A stretch of 64,000 bases of DNA from an uncultured delta proteobacterium. GTDB lineage: Bacteria > Myxococcota > Myxococcia > Myxococcales > 40CM-4-68-19. Location: positions 1 through 64,000 of the forward strand of contig CAIWCD010000007.1 of the NCBI GenBank assembly GCA_903911145.1, read 5' to 3'. Shown here piece by piece: positions 49,184 to 58,387 of this stretch (position 1 is its first letter; every line of letters starts with the position of its first letter). The position numbers were made by a program, and so were the translations under genes. Under the pieces are notes generated by a model. It searched no databases, was not told the DNA's origin, and was given only the letters and a program-made list of their open reading frames with translations.

Positions 49184-50545
49184 CTAGTCTGCGGGCTGCG
49201 GATCGGTCAATGCGAGATCACCGCTCTGTGCATCGCGTTCATTCGCCGGTGTTGGCGTAAGCGCGGCAGCGGCGGCGCAGGCGAGCGCGAGAACGAGAAA
49301 GTGATAGTTCGCGAAGGCCTGCTTGCCGATGTCGAAGAAGCCCGCGAAGGCGAAGGCGAGCGCCGCGAGAGCGCCACCAACGTTGCGCGGCGAGAATCGC
49401 CAGCCGAGGGCGAGAGCGGGCGCGAGCACGAGGAACGAGGTGAATCCAGGCAACTGCGGACCTCCAGCGCGAGCGAGCAGAGCGGCGAAGCTGAGCGCGT
49501 CGAAGCGAAACGGCTGGCGCAACTGGAAGAGCAGAACAGAGTCGACAAAGTCGCTCGGCGCGAAAAGCGCGAGCGGCAGGCTGATGAGCAGCGCAAGTGC
49601 GCACGCACGCAGCGCCCGCCCCGCAAGTTGCGCGCGACGCTCCTCGGAAAACAGCAGCGGCAGCAGAGGAAGAATGAAGCAGCCGTACTGCTTGACCGCG
49701 ATGAGACCGGCGAGCAGCCACGTCGACAGACGCGGCGCGCGCGGAGCAGCGAGAGCCAGCGCGCAGACGAACGCGACCATGAGCGGCTCGGTCCATCCCT
49801 GCTCGAGCACGAAGAACGTGCGCGGAGAAAAGAGCAGGAGCAGCGCGCAGAGTTCACCGATGCGTCCGCGTCCGAGTTTCGCGATGCAGGCAGCGCTCAC
49901 GGTCAGTGCCGCGACAAGAGCGATTCGATAGTCGCCGCAGAGAAAGTGCGCGAGGAACGTGAGCGCCAGAGAGAGCGGCGGATAGGGATGGCCGACGTGC
50001 ACAATTCCATCGCGCACCAGTCCCTCGCCGTAGAAGCGCGCATCACCGTAGAGGAGCGGGATGGTCGTCGCGTACGGACTGTGACCATCGAGGAGCGCGG
50101 CGAACCCGGCGCGGTGGAAGAGGAAGACATCGATCGCGGGAGAGGGCGACGCGCGCAGAAGCCAGAGCACGAGCGCCGCGTGAGTAGCGAGCAGGAGCGG
50201 CCAGCGCAGACGCCCGAGCGGCGGTGAAGGAAACATCCCGGCGACCGCCAGCGCGATCGCAACGAGCAGTCCGCCCCAGAACGGCCACGGACCGCCCGGA
50301 ACCGGATGCAGATCGATCCCCGGAGGCCGGACGAACTGCGCCGCCATCGAGAGCAGCACGAGCGCAGCGGCGGCGAGCGAGAGCAGCGCGACCGCGACCA
50401 GAGCGAGCGCGACAGGATCGAAGGCCCCGTCGCGCAGCCAGATCGCCCATCCGGTCGCGACCGCTGCGAGCGCCGCGAAGGTCGTCCGCGCGGCGCTCAA
50501 CGCACCGCTCGGACCGATGTTCGCTGCCGCTGTTGGCGTCGACAT
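49184..50545 (-). CDS. Multi-pass membrane protein, probable GT87-like (GT-C) glycosyltransferase
   Basis: 'IDV', 'G.SPY', 'HPYPP', 'GDYR', 'QGWTE', 'KQY', 'QAFANY' in a multi-TM frame. Confidence 0.7.
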   Translation of the reverse strand: MSTPTAAANIGPSGALSAARTTFAALAAVATGWAIWLRDGAFDPVALALVAVALLSLAAAALVLLSMAAQFVRPPGIDLHPVPGGPWPFWGGLLVAIALAVAGMFPSPPLGRLRWPLLLATHAALVLWLLRASPSPAIDVFLFHRAGFAALLDGHSPYATTIPLLYGDARFYGEGLVRDGIVHVGHPYPPLSLALTFLAHFLCGDYRIALVAALTVSAACIAKLGRGRIGELCALLLLFSPRTFFVLEQGWTEPLMVAFVCALALAAPRAPRLSTWLLAGLIAVKQYGCFILPLLPLLFSEERRAQLAGRALRACALALLISLPLALFAPSDFVDSVLLFQLRQPFRFDALSFAALLARAGGPQLPGFTSFLVLAPALALGWRFSPRNVGGALAALAFAFAGFFDIGKQAFANYHFLVLALACAAAAALTPTPANERDAQSGDLALTDPQPAD

Positions 50546-50598
50546 AGAGGGGTTCGCTTCTCATCGCCGCGCAGCTTCCGCAAGCTGCTCGTCGCCGC

Positions 50599-50646
50599 CC
50601 GTGCAATTCGCAACTCGACCGCCGCCTCCATTTGCAAATTGCACGG
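50599..50646. promoter_or_regulatory. Inverted-repeat enhancer (UAS) candidate upstream of kdp
   Basis: CCGTGCAATTCGCAA (50599-50613) and TTGCAAATTGCACGG (50632-50646) are reverse complements at 14/15. Confidence 0.65.
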
Positions 50647-50684
50647 CTCCTCGAGAAATCCCCGCGTCGCACGGCCCTTCGCGC

Positions 50685-50700
50685 GGGCACGCCCGATGCA
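50685..50700 (+). promoter_or_regulatory. Sigma54 (-24/-12) promoter of the kdp operon
   Basis: GGGCACGCCCGATGCA has exact GG-N10-GC spacing and is close to consensus TGGCACG-N4-TTGCA; 35 bp before the first ORF. Confidence 0.65.
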
Positions 50701-50734
50701 CTGCCGCCTCTCGCTTCTTTTCGCGGAGGACTTT

Positions 50735-50818
50735 GTGCTCGATCTCATCGTCGTCGGTGTCACCCTCGCCTTCTTCACCGCGTGCGGCCTCTACGCCTAC
50801 GCGCTCGAGCGTCTCTGA
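50735..50818 (+). CDS. 27-aa hydrophobic peptide preceding kdpF
   Basis: GGAGGA RBS, GTG start, (M)LDLIVVGVTLAFFTACGLYAYALERL; TGATG overlap with kdpF. Confidence 0.7.
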   Translation: MLDLIVVGVTLAFFTACGLYAYALERL

Positions 50819-50919
50819 TGGAGGCGACTCTCTCCGTCGACTATGCGGTGGGTCTCGCGCTCTGCGTGCTCATCACCGGCTACCTCGTCTACGCGCTTCT
50901 GCGCCCCGAGCGGTTCTAG
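50818..50919 (+). CDS. kdpF: K+-transporting ATPase subunit F
   Basis: C-terminal signature 'YLVYALLRPERF' immediately before kdpA. Confidence 0.9.
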   Translation: MEATLSVDYAVGLALCVLITGYLVYALLRPERF

Positions 50920-50921
50920 CC

Positions 50922-52643
50922 ATGACGACTTCAGGCTGGATTCAACTGCTCGTCTTTGCCGCGCTGATCCTCGTCTGCACGAGGCCCGTCGGCGGCTATC
51001 TCTTCCGCGTCTTCGAAACCGAGACGCCACCGCTCAAGAGCACGCTGGGCGCGGTCGAGCGACTCCTGCTGCGTCTGGTTGGCGTCGATCCGAAGAAAGA
51101 GCAGACGTGGGTGCAGTACGCGATGGCGCTGCTCGCCTTCAGCGCGTTCTCGATGCTGGTCACCTACGCGATGCTCCGCATGCAGCACGGACTTCCGCTC
51201 AATCCGCAAGGGTTCGCCAACGTCGATCCCGCGCTCGCGTTCAACACGGCCGCGAGCTTCACGACCAACACGAACTGGCAGTCCTATTCAGGCGAGCAGG
51301 TGATGAGCCACCTCTCACAGATGGCGGCGCTCGCCTGGCACAACTTCACCTCGGCCGCAGCGGGCATCGGCGTCGCACTCGCGCTCTCACGCGGACTTGC
51401 ACGTCGCCCCGGCCCCGACGGAGCGAAGACGCTCGGCAACTTCTGGGTCGATCTGATCCGCGCGCACGTCTATGTGCTCATTCCCGCGAGCATCATCACC
51501 GCGTTGATCTTTGTCTCGCAGGGAGTGACCCAGACGTTTGCGGGCCCGCAAACCGTGACCACGCTCGAAGGTCTGCAGCAGATCATCGCGCTCGGTCCGG
51601 TTGCGTCTCAAGAAGCGATCAAGATGCTCGGCACCAATGGCGGCGGCTTCTTCAACGCCAACAGCGCGCATCCGTTCGAGAACCCGACGCCGTTCGCAAA
51701 TCTCCTGCAGATGTTCCTCATCTTCATCATCCCCGCAGGCCTGACCAACACGTTCGGACGGATGGCGCGCGACGCTCGCGAGGGCTGGGCGCTGTTCGGC
51801 GCGATGAGCGCGCTGTTCCTGATCGGCGCGCTCGTCTGCTGGGGCGCAGAAGCGCGGCCCAACGCTGCGCTCGCAGGTCTCGGCGTCGATCAATCGATGG
51901 GAAACCTCGAGGGCAAGGAGTGCCGATTCGGAGTCGCCGGCTCGACGCTCTTCGCCACCGTCACGACCGACGCGTCGTGCGGCGCAGTCAACTCGATGCA
52001 CGACAGCTTCAATCCCATCGGCGGCCTCGTCCCGATGCTCAACATCCAGCTCGGCGAGCTCGTCTTCGGCGGCGTCGGTGCGGGCCTCTACGCGATGCTG
52101 ATCATGGCCATTCTCACCGTCTTCATCGCGGGCCTGATGGTCGGCCGCACGCCCGAGTATCTCGGCAAGAAGATCGAAGCGCGCGAGATGAAGCTGGCGG
52201 TGCTCTACACGCTGATCTTCCCCCTCATCATCCTCGCGCCGGCAGCGTGGGCCGCAATCGACAAGGGCGCACTTGCTTCATTGAACAACGGCGGCCCGCA
52301 CGGGCTCAGCGAGATCCTCTACGCCTTCACCAGCGCGGCCGGAAACAACGGCTCGGCATTCGCGGGGCTCAACGCCAACACGAACTTCTGGAACTTCTCA
52401 CTCGGCATCTCGATGCTCGCCGGCCGCTTCTTCATGCTCCTGCCCGCGCTGGCATTGGGCGGCGCGATGATCGGCAAGAAGGTCGTGCCGCAGAGTCTGG
52501 GCACCTTCCCGACCACCGGCGCGCTCTTCTCCGCCCTGCTGTGCGCCGTCATCCTCATCGTCGGCGCGCTCACATTCTTCCCGGCGCTCGCGCTCGGGCC
52601 TGTCGTTGAAGCGCTGCTCGCACAGAGCGGAAAGGTGTTCTGA
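50922..52643 (+). CDS. kdpA: K+-transporting ATPase subunit A
   Basis: '[19 protein letters not shown]', 'LGTNGGGFF', 'TDASCGAVN', 'GGVGAG', '[10 protein letters not shown]', 'NNGSAF'. Confidence 0.97.
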   Translation: MTTSGWIQLLVFAALILVCTRPVGGYLFRVFETETPPLKSTLGAVERLLLRLVGVDPKKEQTWVQYAMALLAFSAFSMLVTYAMLRMQHGLPLNPQGFANVDPALAFNTAASFTTNTNWQSYSGEQVMSHLSQMAALAWHNFTSAAAGIGVALALSRGLARRPGPDGAKTLGNFWVDLIRAHVYVLIPASIITALIFVSQGVTQTFAGPQTVTTLEGLQQIIALGPVASQEAIKMLGTNGGGFFNANSAHPFENPTPFANLLQMFLIFIIPAGLTNTFGRMARDAREGWALFGAMSALFLIGALVCWGAEARPNAALAGLGVDQSMGNLEGKECRFGVAGSTLFATVTTDASCGAVNSMHDSFNPIGGLVPMLNIQLGELVFGGVGAGLYAMLIMAILTVFIAGLMVGRTPEYLGKKIEAREMKLAVLYTLIFPLIILAPAAWAAIDKGALASLNNGGPHGLSEILYAFTSAAGNNGSAFAGLNANTNFWNFSLGISMLAGRFFMLLPALALGGAMIGKKVVPQSLGTFPTTGALFSALLCAVILIVGALTFFPALALGPVVEALLAQSGKVF

Positions 52644-52644
52644 T

Positions 52645-54723
52645 ATGGCCGCCAAATCAAAGCGGCTGTCGCTGTTCGATCCGTCGATCATCCGCGCCGC
52701 CCTCTGGGACAGCATCAAGAAGCTCGATCCGCGCGCGGTCGCGAAGAACCCGGTCATGTTCGTCGTCGAGATCGGCAGCGCAATGACCACCGCGCTCTAC
52801 ATCCGCGATCGAATCCACCCCGAGCACGCGGCCGCGCCGACCTGGTTCACGTTCGCGATCTCGCTCTGGCTCTGGTTCACCGTGCTCTTCGCGAACTTCG
52901 CCGAGGCAGTCGCGGAGGGTCGTGGCAAGGCGCAGGCAGACACGCTGCGACGGATGAGGCAGGAGACGAGCGCGCGCAAGGTACGGACCTGGCCCGCACC
53001 CGAGGGTGTGCCGAGCGTGGCGAACGAGGAGCGAATCCCCGCCTCGCGCCTGAGGAAGGGAGATCTGATCGTCGCCTGGGCCGGCGAGATCATCCCTGGC
53101 GACGGCGAGATCATCGAGGGGATCGCGTCCGTCGATGAGTCGGCGATCACGGGCGAGTCGGCACCGGTCATTCGCGAGAGCGGCGGCGATCGCAGCGCGG
53201 TCACCGGCGGCACCAAGGTCTTGAGCGATCGCATCGTCGTGCGCATCACGGCCGATCCCGGCGAGTCGTTCCTCGACCGGATGATCCGCCTCGTCGAGGG
53301 CGCGGCCCGCCAGAAGACGCCCAACGAGATCGCGCTGCACATTCTCCTCGTCGGCCTGACGATGATCTTCCTGCTCGCCTGCGCGACGCTGGTTCCGCTC
53401 GGGATCTACTCGGGCGTGGCGATCCCCGCGGCCACAGTGGTCGCGCTGCTCGTGTGTCTGATTCCGACGACGATCGGTGGCCTGCTCTCCGCGATCGGCA
53501 TCGCGGGAATGGATCGGCTGCTGCAGAAGAATGTGCTCGCGATGAGTGGCCGCGCAGTCGAAGCGGCGGGCGACGTCGACGTGCTTCTGCTCGACAAGAC
53601 CGGCACGATCACCCTGGGCAATCGGATGGCGACAGCATTCCTGGCCGCTCCTGGCGTGGCCGCGCGCGATCTCGCCGATGCCGCACAGCTCGCGAGCCTC
53701 GCCGATGAAACCCCCGAAGGACGCAGCGTGGTGGTGCTCGCGAAGGAGCAGTTCGGCATGCGCGAGCGGGCGCTCAACGAGGGCGAGCACACCTTTGTTC
53801 CCTTCACCGCGATCACGCGCATGAGCGGCTGCGATCTCAACGGGCGCATCCTGCGCAAGGGCGCAGTCGAGGCGATCGGCCGGCACGTCGTCGCGCTCGG
53901 CGGCACGCTGCCCGACGAGGTGCGCACAGCGGCGAACCAGATCTCGGATCAAGGAGGCACTCCGCTCGCCGTCGCAGAGGGCGCGCGCGTGCTCGGCCTC
54001 ATCCAGCTCAAGGACGTCGTGAAGGGCGGCATCCGCGAGCGGTTCGACCGATTCCGCGCGATGGGCATCCGCACCGTGATGATCACGGGAGACAACCCGC
54101 GCACGGCGGCAGCGATCGCGGGCGAAGCAGGCGTGGATGATTTTCTCGCCGAGGCGACGCCCGAGATGAAGATGCAGCTCATCCGCGACGAGCAGGCGAA
54201 GGGCAAGCTCGTCGCGATGACGGGCGACGGCACCAACGATGCGCCCGCGCTCGCGCAGGCCGACGTCGGCGTCGCGATGAACACCGGCACGCAGGCAGCC
54301 AAAGAGGCCGGCAACATGGTCGACCTCGACTCGAATCCAACCAAGCTGCTCGAGGTGGTCGAGGTCGGCAAACAGCTATTAATGACCCGCGGGTCATTAA
54401 CGACCTTCTCGATCGCCAACGACGTCGCGAAGTACTTCGCGATCCTGCCGGCACTCTTCGCGACGGCCTATCCGGAACTCAAGACGCTCGACGTGATGCA
54501 CCTGGCGTCACCGCTCTCGGCGATCCTGAGCGCAGTGATCTTCAACGCGCTGATCATCGTCCTGCTCATCCCGCTCGCACTGCGCGGCGTGACGTACCGT
54601 CCACTCGGCGCATCGGCGCTGCTGCGGCGCTCGCTGCTCATCTACGGAGTCGGCGGCGTGATCGCGCCGTTCGTGGGCATCAAGCTGATCGACCTGCTCA
54701 TCTCGTCGATCGGTCTCGTCTGA
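52645..54723 (+). CDS. kdpB: K+-transporting P-type ATPase subunit B
   Basis: 'KNPVMF', 'TGES', '[11 protein letters not shown]', 'DKTGT', 'KGA', 'TGDN', '[11 protein letters not shown]'. Confidence 0.97.
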   Translation: MAAKSKRLSLFDPSIIRAALWDSIKKLDPRAVAKNPVMFVVEIGSAMTTALYIRDRIHPEHAAAPTWFTFAISLWLWFTVLFANFAEAVAEGRGKAQADTLRRMRQETSARKVRTWPAPEGVPSVANEERIPASRLRKGDLIVAWAGEIIPGDGEIIEGIASVDESAITGESAPVIRESGGDRSAVTGGTKVLSDRIVVRITADPGESFLDRMIRLVEGAARQKTPNEIALHILLVGLTMIFLLACATLVPLGIYSGVAIPAATVVALLVCLIPTTIGGLLSAIGIAGMDRLLQKNVLAMSGRAVEAAGDVDVLLLDKTGTITLGNRMATAFLAAPGVAARDLADAAQLASLADETPEGRSVVVLAKEQFGMRERALNEGEHTFVPFTAITRMSGCDLNGRILRKGAVEAIGRHVVALGGTLPDEVRTAANQISDQGGTPLAVAEGARVLGLIQLKDVVKGGIRERFDRFRAMGIRTVMITGDNPRTAAAIAGEAGVDDFLAEATPEMKMQLIRDEQAKGKLVAMTGDGTNDAPALAQADVGVAMNTGTQAAKEAGNMVDLDSNPTKLLEVVEVGKQLLMTRGSLTTFSIANDVAKYFAILPALFATAYPELKTLDVMHLASPLSAILSAVIFNALIIVLLIPLALRGVTYRPLGASALLRRSLLIYGVGGVIAPFVGIKLIDLLISSIGLV
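54379..54400. promoter_or_regulatory. Perfect 22-bp palindrome TTAATGACCCGCGGGTCATTAA embedded in kdpB
   Basis: Self-complementary; encoded by codons CTA TTA ATG ACC CGC GGG TCA TTA that are otherwise very rare in this gene. Confidence 0.6.
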
Positions 54724-54795
54724 CAGCCGTTTTGCGAAATTACCGAATTCGATAACGCACGTTTGTAAAAGCCGTCGAGCACCGAGGAGTCGAAG

Positions 54796-55401
54796 ATGAT
54801 CCGCGAACATGTTCTCCCCGCAGCCCGCGCCACGCTCTGCACGCTGCTCATCACCGGAGTGGCCTATCCGCTCCTCTGCACCGGGCTGGCCCTGGTGCTC
54901 TTTCCGCAGCGCGCGAGAGGCAGCTTCGTCACCGACGACGCCGGCCACACCGTCGGCTCCGAGTTGATCGCGCAGCCGTTCGCGAGCGCGGCCTATGTGC
55001 AGCCTCGACCCTCGGCGGCCGGAGACAAAGGATGGGACGCGAACAACTCGGGCGGCTCGAACCTCGGCGCGACGTCGAAGAAGCTCCGCGACCGCGTTCA
55101 GGCCGACGTTTCGCGACTCAAGACCGAGAACCCAGACGCGCTTGCAGAGATTCCGGCGGAGCTGGTCACCACCTCGGGAAGCGGACTGGATCCGCACTTG
55201 TCACCCGCCGCGGTGCGGTGGCAGATCCCGCGCATCGCGCGCGCTCGCCAGGTCGCACCGGATCGCATCGAGCGGCTCGTGGCCGACCAGATCGAAGGTC
55301 GCGATCTCGGCTTTCTCGGCGAGCCGCGCGTGAATGTGCTCTTGCTCAATCTGGCGCTTGATCGGTTGCTCGGGAAGCCAGTAGCGCCGCCGGGAAAGTA
55401 G
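54796..55401 (+). CDS. kdpC: K+-transporting ATPase subunit C
   Basis: 'GVAYP', 'GSELIAQ', 'RPSA', 'SGGSNLG', 'VTTSGSGLDPH', 'VNVLLLNLALD'. Confidence 0.96.
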   Translation: MIREHVLPAARATLCTLLITGVAYPLLCTGLALVLFPQRARGSFVTDDAGHTVGSELIAQPFASAAYVQPRPSAAGDKGWDANNSGGSNLGATSKKLRDRVQADVSRLKTENPDALAEIPAELVTTSGSGLDPHLSPAAVRWQIPRIARARQVAPDRIERLVADQIEGRDLGFLGEPRVNVLLLNLALDRLLGKPVAPPGK

Positions 55402-55421
55402 CGCGCAGGGGAGGACGATTG

Positions 55422-56558
55422 ATGCCGGCAAGCCGCGTCGAAGATTTTCTCGAACTCGTCGAGCGCGCCCGGCGCGGGCGGCTGAAGCTCTATCTCGGCT
55501 TTGCAGCCGGCGTCGGCAAGACGTTCCGCATGCTCGAGGAGGCGCACGCACTGCAAGTGCGCGGCGTCGATGTGGTGGTCGCGTTCGTCGAGACGCATGG
55601 CCGCATCGAGACCGAGCGACTCGTCGATGGCCTCGAGGTCATCCCGCGACGCCGCATCGACTACCGCGGCGTCACGCTCGAGGAGATGGACATCGCCGCT
55701 GTCATCGCGCGCGCTCCCGCCATCGCCATCGTCGACGAGATCCCGCACACGAATGTGCCGGGAAGCGAGCACCGCAAGCGCTGGCAGGACGTGATCGATC
55801 TGCTCGATCGCGGCATCAACGTGATCGGCGCGATGAACGTGCAGCACCTCGAGTCGCTCGGCGGACTGCTCGAGCGCGAGACGGGCGTGCTCGTGCGCGA
55901 GACGGTTCCCGACACATTTCTGCGGCGCGCCGATCAGATCGTGAACCTCGATCTCGCGGTGGAAGATCTCCAAGAACGTCTGCGCGCGGGAAAGATCTAT
56001 CCGGCCGACAAAGTGCCGTGGGCGCTCGAGCACTTCTTTCAGATGAACAATCTGACGACGCTGCGCGAGCTCGCGCTGCGCGAAGTGGCCGAGAGCCTTG
56101 ATCGCTCCGCGACCGCCACCAGCGCGGCCGCGGCGCCCGAGAAGGGTCATCGCGGCGAGCGCGTGATGGTGGCGATGTCGTCGAATCCGCCGCACGGGAT
56201 GACGCTGCTGCGGCGCGGCTCACGCATGGCGGGACGTCTCAACACCGACTGGTTCGTCGTCTATGTCGAGACGCCGGATGAAGACGCGCTGCGCATCAGC
56301 GCGGAAGCGCAGCGGGTGCTCCTGGCCAATCTGGACAAGGCCCGCGAGCTCGGCGCCGAGGTGGTTCGACTGCAGTCGCGCGATCCGGTGACTGCGCTGC
56401 TCGACTTCGCCCGCTCGCACGGCGTCGGTCATGTCATCGTTGGTCGCAGCACGCGGGCGCGCTGGAAGCGGCCTTTCTCGCGATCTCTGATCGAGCGGCT
56501 GATCGATGATGCGGAAGGTCTCGATGTGCACGTGACCGCGCTCGAGGAGAGCACATGA
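55422..56558 (+). CDS. kdpD: KdpD N-terminal sensor plus USP domain only (split KdpD)
   Basis: 'GRLKLYLGFAAGVGKT', 'ETHGR', 'VDE.PHTN', 'KRWQD', 'NVQHLESL', 'LRELAL', then USP domain; no TM or kinase domain. Confidence 0.9.
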   Translation: MPASRVEDFLELVERARRGRLKLYLGFAAGVGKTFRMLEEAHALQVRGVDVVVAFVETHGRIETERLVDGLEVIPRRRIDYRGVTLEEMDIAAVIARAPAIAIVDEIPHTNVPGSEHRKRWQDVIDLLDRGINVIGAMNVQHLESLGGLLERETGVLVRETVPDTFLRRADQIVNLDLAVEDLQERLRAGKIYPADKVPWALEHFFQMNNLTTLRELALREVAESLDRSATATSAAAAPEKGHRGERVMVAMSSNPPHGMTLLRRGSRMAGRLNTDWFVVYVETPDEDALRISAEAQRVLLANLDKARELGAEVVRLQSRDPVTALLDFARSHGVGHVIVGRSTRARWKRPFSRSLIERLIDDAEGLDVHVTALEEST

Positions 56559-58378
56559 GTCTGCGCTCCAAACTTCTGCTCGCGCTGATTCCTCTTGCCG
56601 GCGCGCTGCTGCTGCTCGGTGGACAAGCGGTGCGCGTGATCGCGCAGCAAGGCGAGCTCTCGCAGCGCATCCTCAAGGACAATTATCGCAGCGTGCTCGC
56701 GGCGCAGCGGATGAAGGAGGCGGTCGAGCGCATCGACAGCGCGATGGCCTTCCGCGCGGCCGGGCGCGCAGACAAGGCCGCGCCGCAGGATGCGCAGAAC
56801 CGCACCCGGTTCTCTTCCGAGCTTTCGATCCAGGAGCACAACATCACCGAGGCGGGCGAAGCGGAGGCGACGCGGGAGCTGCGCGCGCGCTGGCAGAGCT
56901 ACCTCACCGAGGCCGACCGCTTCGTCGCGCTCGCGCCGGAAGTACAGCGCACCGACTACTTCGCGACGATGGAGCCGGCGTTCCTGCGCGTGAAGACGGC
57001 GGCCGATCGAATCCTCGAGCTGAACCAGGACGCGATGGTGCGCAAGAGCGAGCAGGTGCGCATCGCGGCGGAGAAGCAGAACGCGATGATGCTGGCCGCG
57101 ACGCTCGCGGCCGCGCTCTCGGGCGTGCTCGCGAGCGTCTGGATCACCGGGCAGCTCCTGCGGCCGCTCTCGGTGCTGACCCAGGCCGTGCGGCGTGTGG
57201 CCGAGGGAGATCTCGCCGCGCGCGCGGATCTGCGCGGCAGCGACGAGATCGCGCAGCTCGCTGGCGAGTTCAACACGATGGCCGCGCGCATCGCGGAGTA
57301 TCGGCGCAGCTCTCTTGGTGAGCTGCTTCAGGCACAGCATGCTTCGCAAGCGGCCATCGACAGCCTGCCCGATCCGGTGGTGATTCTCGGAAACGAAGGC
57401 GCGGTGCTCAACGTCAATCACGCAGCAGAGGCGCTCTTGCAGATCGGCTCCGGAGCGCGCGCCGATCCGCTCGCGCTCGCGACTGCGCCCGTGCGCGAGT
57501 TGCTTGAGAAGGTTCGCGCGCACGTCATCTCCGGCAAGGGTGCGTATGAGCCGAAAGGATTTGAAGAGGCGCTGCGCCTCGAGGGAAATGGCGGCACGCG
57601 CTACCTCTTGCCCCGCGCGGAGCCGGTCTACTCGGAGGAGGCCGGGATCGTCGGCGCGGCGATCGTGCTGCAGGACGTGACGCGGCTGTGGCGCTTCGAT
57701 GAGCTCAAGAACGATCTCGTCGCGACAGTGGCGCACGAGTTCCGCACGCCGCTCACGTCGTTGCGCATGGCGATCCACCTCTGCGTCGAGGGCACGGTCG
57801 GGCCGGTGACGGAGAAGCAGAGCGAGTTGCTCCACGGCGCACGCCAGGATTGCGAGCGGCTCCAGGACATCGTCGATGATCTGCTCGATCTCGCGCGCAT
57901 CCAGGCTGGGCGCGGCGAGGTCGTGCCGCAGCCGTGCGCGACGCGGGAGCTGATCGACAAGGCGCTCGCGGCGCAGAAGGAGAGCGCGCACAGCGCAGGC
58001 GTGCGGCTCATCGATGCACTTGTCGAGCCCGTGCCTTCCGTGCTCGCGGACAGAGAACGCATCGGGCTGGTGCTCGGCAACATGATCGTCAATGCGCTCA
58101 GGCACGCGCCGCGCGGCAGCAGCGTCGAGCTGCGCGCAGAGCGGCAGAGCAAAGAAGTCCGCTTCAGCGTGCGCGATCAGGGACCGGGCGTGCCGCGCGA
58201 ATACCAGCAGCGGATCTTCGAGAAATTCTTCCGCGTGCCCGGAACAACTGGCGAGGGCGTGGGCCTCGGCCTCTACATCTCGCGCGAGATCGTCCGCGCG
58301 CACGGCGGCGAGATGGGCGTCGAGACTGCCGAAGGCGGCGGCGCGCGCTTCTGGTTCACGCTGCCCGCAAGCGCGTAG
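56555..58378 (+). CDS. Membrane sensor histidine kinase (periplasmic 4HB, HAMP, PAS, HisKA, HATPase), KinB-like
   Basis: 'DEIAQLAGEFNTM', 'AHEFRTPLTS', 'NA.RH', 'DQGPG', 'GLGLYI'; ATGA overlap with the upstream gene. Confidence 0.92.
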   Translation: MSLRSKLLLALIPLAGALLLLGGQAVRVIAQQGELSQRILKDNYRSVLAAQRMKEAVERIDSAMAFRAAGRADKAAPQDAQNRTRFSSELSIQEHNITEAGEAEATRELRARWQSYLTEADRFVALAPEVQRTDYFATMEPAFLRVKTAADRILELNQDAMVRKSEQVRIAAEKQNAMMLAATLAAALSGVLASVWITGQLLRPLSVLTQAVRRVAEGDLAARADLRGSDEIAQLAGEFNTMAARIAEYRRSSLGELLQAQHASQAAIDSLPDPVVILGNEGAVLNVNHAAEALLQIGSGARADPLALATAPVRELLEKVRAHVISGKGAYEPKGFEEALRLEGNGGTRYLLPRAEPVYSEEAGIVGAAIVLQDVTRLWRFDELKNDLVATVAHEFRTPLTSLRMAIHLCVEGTVGPVTEKQSELLHGARQDCERLQDIVDDLLDLARIQAGRGEVVPQPCATRELIDKALAAQKESAHSAGVRLIDALVEPVPSVLADRERIGLVLGNMIVNALRHAPRGSSVELRAERQSKEVRFSVRDQGPGVPREYQQRIFEKFFRVPGTTGEGVGLGLYISREIVRAHGGEMGVETAEGGGARFWFTLPASA

Positions 58379-58387
58379 CGGGAGAGT

